Source of the DNA: Pseudomonas aeruginosa PAO1
GTDB lineage: Bacteria; Pseudomonadota; Gammaproteobacteria; Pseudomonadales; Pseudomonadaceae
Strand: one strand, 5' to 3'
DNA: 64,000 nucleotides
Assembly (NCBI RefSeq): GCF_000006765.1
Contig: NC_002516.2
Part shown: positions 60,399 to 64,000 of the stretch, piece by piece
How the letters are laid out: each line of letters starts with the position of its first letter
Numbering within the stretch: position 1 is the first letter of the stretch
The notes under the pieces: model-generated
The model's database searches: none
Told to the model about the DNA's origin: nothing
The model's input: the letters and a program-made list of their open reading frames with translations, nothing else
Program-made: the position numbers and the translations under genes

Positions 60399-61094
60399 TC
60401 AGGACGCCAGCAGGCTGCGGTCGAAAACGAAGGCGCCGCCCGGCTTCGGGGTGAAATGCAGGACGTGTTGCGGGCGCCCCATGGGCGGACGCTGGCGTTC
60501 GCCGGTGTCCTCGACCCAGCCAGCCTCCTTCATCCGCTCCAGGCGCCCGCGCAGGCTGGAATGCTGGACTTCCTGGCCGATGGCGCACTCGAAGGCCTTC
60601 AGCGCCTCGGCCACGGTGAAGCGCGGCGCCAGCAGGAACAGCGGCAGGGCGCTGTACACCGACTTGCTCGCCAGGCGCTCGCAGGCCTGCTGTACCAGTT
60701 GGGCGTGGTCGAACGGCAGGGCGAAGCGCTCGCTGCGAACGTCGCGCAGCGGCACGAAGTCGAGGTCGTCGTCCTCCACCTGGGTGTCCGGACCGACCAG
60801 CACCAGGTAGAACACGCTCAGCGACCAGCCGCGCGGGTCGCGTACCGCGTTGCCGACCGTGGCCACCTGCTCGATGTAGGCCGGCTCCAGCCGCGCCTTG
60901 TCGCGCAGGGCGCGCACCGCCGCGTCGTCGAGGCTGTGGTCGGCGCTGCGGCCGTTGACCAGCACGCCGGGCAAGGCCCACTGGCCGGCGAAAGGCGCCT
61001 GGGCGCGGCGGATCAGCAACAGCTCCAGTCCGTGCCCGGGGTTCAGGCGCAACGCCACGATATCCACGCTGGCCAATACTTCCGCTGAACTCAT
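60399..61094 (-). CDS. nrtR: Nudix-related NAD-metabolism repressor
   Basis: WALPGVLV Nudix-like N-terminus, RDPRGWSLSV and a C-terminal wHTH. Adjacent to NAD salvage genes. Confidence 0.9.
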   Translation of the reverse strand: MSSAEVLASVDIVALRLNPGHGLELLLIRRAQAPFAGQWALPGVLVNGRSADHSLDDAAVRALRDKARLEPAYIEQVATVGNAVRDPRGWSLSVFYLVLVGPDTQVEDDDLDFVPLRDVRSERFALPFDHAQLVQQACERLASKSVYSALPLFLLAPRFTVAEALKAFECAIGQEVQHSSLRGRLERMKEAGWVEDTGERQRPPMGRPQHVLHFTPKPGGAFVFDRSLLAS

Positions 61095-61108
61095 CGTCAC
61101 TCCTCTCT

Positions 61109-61711
61109 TCAGACCGCCTGGCGTTCGCCGCCATAGCAGTGCAGTTCGTCCTTCACTTCCGGCAGGCACCAGGCCTCCGGTACCGCCAGCCCTTCACGCA
61201 GGCGCTGGCGGATCATCGAGCTGTGCAGCGGCAGCCGCTCCTCCGCCACCAGCCGGCCAAAGCGCCAGCACAATTCGGCGGCACGTTCGAAGCGCGGCAG
61301 TTCCGCCTCGTTGTCAGCGCCGATCAGCAGGGCGATCCGCGCTGACGCCAGGCCGCTACGCGCGGCCAGCGCTTCCAGCAGGTCGATGCTGTAGACCGCC
61401 GGACGATCGGGCATCAATCCTGCTTCGATCGGCTCGCAATACACCCGCCGCGGATCGATTCGCCGGGCCAGCCGCGCCAGCCAGCGGCAGCGCAGCTCGA
61501 AATCGCCCATGCGCTTGCCGAAGGCGTGGCGGTGGCTCGGCACCAGGGCGACCCGTTCGGCGCAAAGCAGCGCCCGGCGGATCACCGATTCATGGCCGGG
61601 GTGCGGCGGGTCGAACGCCCCACCATAGACCGCGAGAGCGAAGTCGGGGGCGCGTCCGCCGCTCATCCCGGCAGGCAGTCGGCGAATCCGGGAACTTATT
61701 TCATCACGCAT
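61109..61711 (-). CDS. nadD2: nicotinate-nucleotide adenylyltransferase paralog
   Basis: YGGAFDPPHPGH (HxxH), LIGADN and HSSMIR motifs. 200 aa. Confidence 0.88.
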   Translation of the reverse strand: MRDEISSRIRRLPAGMSGGRAPDFALAVYGGAFDPPHPGHESVIRRALLCAERVALVPSHRHAFGKRMGDFELRCRWLARLARRIDPRRVYCEPIEAGLMPDRPAVYSIDLLEALAARSGLASARIALLIGADNEAELPRFERAAELCWRFGRLVAEERLPLHSSMIRQRLREGLAVPEAWCLPEVKDELHCYGGERQAV

Positions 61712-61820
61712 AGAAAATACCTTCCACTGCGAAATTTTGTAGTACAAGTGCTTGACGATTTATTTCACGTGATGAATTATGTACCCACATTCAGCCCCAA
61801 CCCGTCAAGCGGAGGCTTCC

Positions 61821-62480
61821 ATGAATCGCCCCAGCAAGATCGCCAGCTTCGATGTCGACGCCCAGAAAGGCTTCACCCCGCTGTGCCCGGACGAACTGCC
61901 GGTGCCCGGCGGCGACGCCATCGGCGGCGCCCTCAACCAACTGGCCAGCCGCGCCGCGCTGCGCCTGGGCAGCAAGGACGCGCACAGCCCGAAGGCTGCC
62001 TGGGTAGTGGAAAGCGCCGAGCAGATGCTGCGGCCGCTGGCCTATCCGGATGCCGACCTGACCTGGGTGAGCCACTGCGTACCGGGTACGCCGGGTTTCG
62101 AGCTGCTCGACGAACTGCCGCGGCCGATCGACTACGACTTCTTCGTCTGGAAGGGCGTGGAGCCGGACCTGCATCCCTACGGCGCCTGCTACCACGATCT
62201 GGCGGAACGCCGCAGCACCGGGGTCATCGAATACCTGAGGCAGAATGGCGTGAGCCATGTGCTGGTGGGTGGCCTGGCGCTGGACTACTGCGTGAAGAAC
62301 ACCGCCCTGCAACTGCGCCGCGCCGGTTTCGAGGTGCTGCTCTACCTGCCCGCCTGCCGGGCCATCGCCGAGGACACCGCGCAGCGGGCCTGCGACGAGA
62401 TGCGCGACGCCGGGGTGATCCTCTGCGCCGACCTGGAACGACTGGATAGCGCCCTCGCCGGCGCCGACAAGGAGAAGTGA
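61821..62480 (+). CDS. pncA: nicotinamidase
   Basis: [20 protein letters not shown] and ALDYCVKNT motifs. GGAGG RBS. Confidence 0.92.
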   Translation: MNRPSKIASFDVDAQKGFTPLCPDELPVPGGDAIGGALNQLASRAALRLGSKDAHSPKAAWVVESAEQMLRPLAYPDADLTWVSHCVPGTPGFELLDELPRPIDYDFFVWKGVEPDLHPYGACYHDLAERRSTGVIEYLRQNGVSHVLVGGLALDYCVKNTALQLRRAGFEVLLYLPACRAIAEDTAQRACDEMRDAGVILCADLERLDSALAGADKEK

Positions 62481-62482
62481 AC

Positions 62483-63682
62483 ATGGCCGAAAGCGTCTTT
62501 GCCGAGCGCATTGTGCAGAACCTGCTCGATACCGATTTCTACAAGCTGACCATGATGCAGGCGGTGCTGCACAACTACCCCAACGCCGAAGTGGAGTGGG
62601 AATTCCGCTGCCGCAACGCCGAGGACCTGCGTCCGTACCTGGCGGAGATCCGCTACCAGATCGAGCGCCTCGCCGAAGTCGAGGTAACCGCCGACCAGCT
62701 CGCCTTCCTCGAACGCATCCCGTTCATGAAGCCGGACTTCATCCGCTTCCTCAGCCTGTTCCGCTTCAACCTGCGCTACGTGCACACCGGCATCGAGGAT
62801 GGCCAACTGGCAATCCGCCTGCGCGGCCCATGGCTGCACGTGATCCTCTTCGAGGTGCCGCTGCTGGCCATCGTCAGCGAGGTGCGCAACCGTTATCGCT
62901 ACCGCGAGGTGGTCCTGGAACAGGTCGGCGAGCAGCTCTATCGCAAGCTCGACTGGCTCTCCGCCCAGGCCAGCAGCGAGGAACTCGCGGAATTCCAGGT
63001 CGCCGACTTCGGCACCCGCCGGCGCTTCTCCTACCGCACCCAGGAGGAAGTGGTGCATATCCTCAAGCGCGACTTCCCCGGGCGCTTCGTCGGCACCAGC
63101 AACGTGCACCTGGCCCGCGAGTACGACCTCAAGCCGATCGGCACCATGGCCCACGAATGGCTGATGGCCCACCAGCAACTCGGCCCGCGGCTGGTCGACA
63201 GCCAGCAAGCGGCGCTGGACTGCTGGGTCCGCGAGTACCGCGGACAGCTCGGCATAGCCCTGACCGACTGCATTACCATGGATGCCTTCCTCGACGACTT
63301 CGACCTGTACTTCGCCAAGCTCTTCGACGGCCTGCGCCACGATTCGGGCGACCCGCTGGCCTGGGCGGAGAAAGCCATCGCCCACTACCGCCGCCTGGGT
63401 ATCGACCCGCTGAGCAAGACCCTGGTGTTCTCCGACGGGCTGGACATGCCCAAGGCGTTGCAGCTGTTCCGCGCGCTACGTGGCAAGATCAACGTCAGCT
63501 TCGGCATCGGCACCAACCTGACCTGCGACATCCCGGGGGTCGAGCCGATGAACATCGTCCTGAAGATGACGGCCTGCAACGGCCATCCGGTGGCGAAGAT
63601 ATCCGACGCCCCGGGCAAGACCCAATGCCGCGACGAGAACTTCGTCGCCTACCTCCGCCACGTCTTCAACGTGCCGGCCTAA
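62483..63682 (+). CDS. pncB1: nicotinate phosphoribosyltransferase
   Basis: [32 protein letters not shown] and FSDGL motifs. Confidence 0.96.
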   Translation: MAESVFAERIVQNLLDTDFYKLTMMQAVLHNYPNAEVEWEFRCRNAEDLRPYLAEIRYQIERLAEVEVTADQLAFLERIPFMKPDFIRFLSLFRFNLRYVHTGIEDGQLAIRLRGPWLHVILFEVPLLAIVSEVRNRYRYREVVLEQVGEQLYRKLDWLSAQASSEELAEFQVADFGTRRRFSYRTQEEVVHILKRDFPGRFVGTSNVHLAREYDLKPIGTMAHEWLMAHQQLGPRLVDSQQAALDCWVREYRGQLGIALTDCITMDAFLDDFDLYFAKLFDGLRHDSGDPLAWAEKAIAHYRRLGIDPLSKTLVFSDGLDMPKALQLFRALRGKINVSFGIGTNLTCDIPGVEPMNIVLKMTACNGHPVAKISDAPGKTQCRDENFVAYLRHVFNVPA

Positions 63683-63710
63683 TCCTTTCGCACCTAACGG
63701 GAGCCCGAAC

Positions 63711-64000
63711 ATGCAACAGATCCAACGCGACATCGCCCAAGCCCTGCAGGTCCAGCCGCCGTTCCAGTCGGAGGCCGACGTGCAGGCGCAGATCGCCCGG
63801 CGCATCGCCTTCATCCAGCAGTGCCTGAAGGATTCCGGGCTGAAGACCCTGGTGCTGGGGATCAGCGGCGGCGTCGACTCGCTCACCGCCGGCCTGCTGG
63901 CCCAGCGCGCCGTCGAGCAACTGCGCGAGCAGACCGGCGACCAGGCCTACCGCTTCATCGCCGTGCGCCTGCCCTACCAGGTGCAGCAGGACGAGGCCGA
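63711..64000 (+). CDS. nadE: NH3-dependent NAD synthetase (5' part, truncated by window end)
   Basis: [12 protein letters not shown]...[11 protein letters not shown] (PP-loop)...FIAVRLPY. Confidence 0.93.
   Translation, partial: MQQIQRDIAQALQVQPPFQSEADVQAQIARRIAFIQQCLKDSGLKTLVLGISGGVDSLTAGLLAQRAVEQLREQTGDQAYRFIAVRLPYQVQQDEA

Overview
GC-rich (about 67% by eye) chromosomal window that looks like Pseudomonas aeruginosa core genome. Gene order and recognisable proteins match my recollection of the PAO1 PA4858-PA4920 region; the strain cannot be determined. Contents in order: urea ABC transporter urtABCDE; urease ureD-A-B-C with two interleaved GNAT acetyltransferases; a stress-gene block (TraR/DksA-like, YegD, PsiF, OsmE, bacterioferritin-like); brlR; a MexT-box-controlled repeat protein; an MsrPQ-like module with a divergent heavy-metal-type two-component system; desCB/desT; ureEFGJ; an ECF sigma/FecR/TonB receptor system; an aromatic-acid cluster (opdK, aldehyde dehydrogenase, mdlC, vanK, vanAB, vanR); an SDR; a branched-chain-type ABC transporter with an ornithine-cyclodeaminase-family enzyme; a LysR regulator; an MCP; and the NAD salvage locus (nrtR, nadD2, pncA, pncB1, nadE). 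I saw no rRNA, tRNA, CRISPR array, prophage or IS. The most striking unexplained signal is a cluster of DnaA boxes far from any origin gene (about 50.8-51.9 kb). It includes a twice-repeated 37-bp three-box module with identical spacing, resembling a DARS/datA-type DnaA-regulating locus. Other notable items: a frameshifted MOSC gene, a complete sigma54/IHF/NtrC-like promoter for the PA4913-like operon, and many recognisable operators (VanR, DesT, MexT, BrlR, Fur, CopR-like). PA numbers are recalled, not looked up. All coordinates were read by eye.
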